A DNA stretch of 64,000 nucleotides, from contig OX597838.1 in the NCBI GenBank assembly GCA_951406725.2, positions 18,600,001 through 18,664,000 on the forward strand. The letters run 5' to 3'. The stretch comes from Octopus vulgaris (lineage: Eukaryota). The translations under genes were made by a program, and so were the position numbers. Of the stretch, positions 61,991 to 64,000 are shown piece by piece (position 1 is the first letter of the stretch; every line of letters starts with the position of its first letter). The notes beneath the pieces are model-generated. The model searched no databases. It was not told where the DNA came from and worked only from the letters and a program-made list of their open reading frames with translations.

Positions 61991-62542
61991 GAAGGATGAC
62001 AAGTGTTTGCAGAAGCGTCGTTTGAAAGATGTGCTGGCTGATCCGATATATTCACATTCCTAGTATATCTCTGGTAGGCTACAGTTATGGAGATGTTGTT
62101 GGTATCACCGGTGACGATATTTTCGTCATGGCGTAATGATCCGGTGGTACTGGTACGTCTGCCGTCTCCGCGGTTGTTATCGCCGTGGTTTCCATCTCTG
62201 GCCATGTAGTCAATTGTGTATAGAATTGTTAAGAAATATATCATGGCCAGACTGGAAATTCGGTGTAAATACATCACTGTACACTAGTAGTAATTTCGGA
62301 GCAGTAATTTGGTGACAGAACTCATTAAGAAATCAAGAAACATTCTATTCTTTTTTTAAATTCCAGTTTTACGAGCTTATCGAGTCAATTATATATGCTT
62401 ATAGAGTCAGGCACATAGAGTCAATTATATTAGCTTATGGAGTCAAGCTCTTAGAGTCAGATTTGTAGAGTCAACTAAAGAAAAAAGCAAAAGAATTATA
62501 TTATGAAGTTCTTTTAATAATAATATTAACTTAAATTTCAAG

Positions 62543-62972
62543 GAGGCGAACTGACAGAATCGTTAGCACGCTCGGCAAAATGCTGACATTTCGTCCGTCT
62601 TTGCGTTCTGAGTTCAAATTCCGCCGAGGTAGACTTTATCCTTCATCCTTTCCGGATCGATAAACTAAGTACCAGTTGAGCACTGGTGTCGATATAATCG
62701 ACTTAACCCATCCCACGAACTTGCTGGCCTTGTACCAAACATTCGAAAAAAAATATTAGTTTTAATTCAATTTGGTTCAAAACTACCTTTCATTCAAAAA
62801 CCTTTCTAATATTGATTTCAAATTTTAGAACAAGGTCAGAAAATTCGGGGCAGAGGGTAAACCGATTACATCGACCCCATTCCTCAACTTCCTCGACTTC
62901 TATGTAATTTGAACTCTGAACGTAAAGACGGGCCAAATGCCCGGCGTACTAACCACTCTGCCAGCTCGCCGT
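62543..62972. mobile_element. Two SINE family B copies tail-to-tail (62543-62745 +, 62815-62972 -)
   Basis: Heads gaggcgaactgacagaatcgttagcacg (+) and ctctgccagctcgccgt (-). Confidence 0.75.
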
Positions 62973-63215
62973 CTCAAACTGTTCTAATACTAACAGTAGT
63001 TTAAAGATTATCTCCCTTTAACAAACAGTAAAGCTACGTAGTTATGTTTACTGATGCTGTTTATCTACGTATAGTAAGTGTTCTTCATTGAACATATACG
63101 TGTAGAACTCATAAATAAGAAAAAATAAAATGCCGACGAGGCAATCTAAACTATATGGGCCCCGTATAGAGAAAATTCAACGACAGACCGTGACTACCGC
63201 ATAAAAATAGAAGTA

Positions 63216-63778
63216 TTGGGTTGTCCGGAAAGTTCGTGACGATTTTTAAAAGAAAGAAAAAAGTCATTAAATACTTGCCATTACATTTTTAATCAACCAA
63301 TTATGAGCCATTTTGTTGCATAATGCGTCTCCGTCTTTCCATTAATTTGAAAATACCCTCTTCCCAGAATTGAGGTGGTTTCATGGCAAAGAATTCATCA
63401 AGGTATCTTTTTATATCATCCAAGGAATTGAAATTTTTACCAGTAAGACTATTCTGCAGAGACCTGAATGAGTGGAAATCCGAAGGAACAATATCTGGTG
63501 AATATGGAGGGTGGGGTAACACATCCCAGCCGAGCTGCAGCAATTTTTGTCTGGTTCCCAAAGCATCAAGTGCCGAAAATGAACTTTGTCTTCCATTTTA
63601 AAGGGTTACAGAATTAACAGAGGTTATAGAAACACAAACCTTCTTCCACGAAAAGGTAGCTTAAACAGTGCTCTAAATGGAGGCATAGTCAAATGCTATT
63701 TTATTGGCTCTACCATGTTCTAAAATAAGTCGAAATGTAAGCTACTATAAATCGGCACAAACTTTCCGGACAACCCAA
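63216..63778 (-). mobile_element. Internally deleted mariner transposon
   Basis: TA TSDs; TIRs ttgggttgtccggaaagttcgtg / cacaaactttccggacaacccaa; N-terminus MEDKVHFRHLML joined out of frame to C-terminus LGWDVLPHPPYSPDIVPSDFHSFRSLQNSL (YSPDL-type motif). Confidence 0.92.
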
Positions 63779-64000
63779 TATTACCCATTTAGTTCAGCTT
63801 AAAGACAAAAATCAAGATCTTTGTAATTGAGAAGATGGAGAAGGAAAATTATGAGAAAGAGTATAGCAGATTCGATGGAAGGCAGAGTGCACGAGAGACA
63901 AAGAAACTTGGTGGCAATGTAGAGACTTTGATCATCGTCTTCTTCTCTTGAAAAAGTTCTATAAATTTCAAAGAGATATTAACCGCCAAACAAAACTAAT

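Overview
Eukaryotic, AT-rich, non-coding (intergenic or intronic) DNA. It is saturated with microsatellites ((TA)n, (CA)n, (TATG)n, (GATA)n, (GACA)n and trinucleotide tracts) and interspersed repeats. The repeat repertoire strongly suggests an octopus/coleoid cephalopod genome; this is my inference from repeat content. I cannot support any intact host CDS, and nearly all listed ORFs are microsatellite artefacts. Supported elements: four tRNA-headed SINE families (called A, B, C and E here), two non-autonomous Helitrons, four mariner derivatives, a piggyBac-type MITE, decayed Tx1/L1, RTE and RLE-type (HERO-like) LINE pieces, and several Penelope-like (GIY-YIG) remnants. The most notable signal is RNA structure, with at least 8 hammerhead ribozyme (HHR) motifs from about 6 unrelated sequence families. 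Top candidates: (i) a tRNA-headed SINE carrying its own HHR, present as a head-to-head pair at 27.6-28.3 kb; (ii) a 481-nt HHR-containing, terminally redundant retrozyme-like unit at 49 kb; (iii) a separate motif with all three hammerhead core strands in a non-circularly permuted, pseudoknotted order in the 3' UTR of the HERO-like LINE at 24.7 kb. All structures were folded by eye and coordinates are accurate to a few bases.
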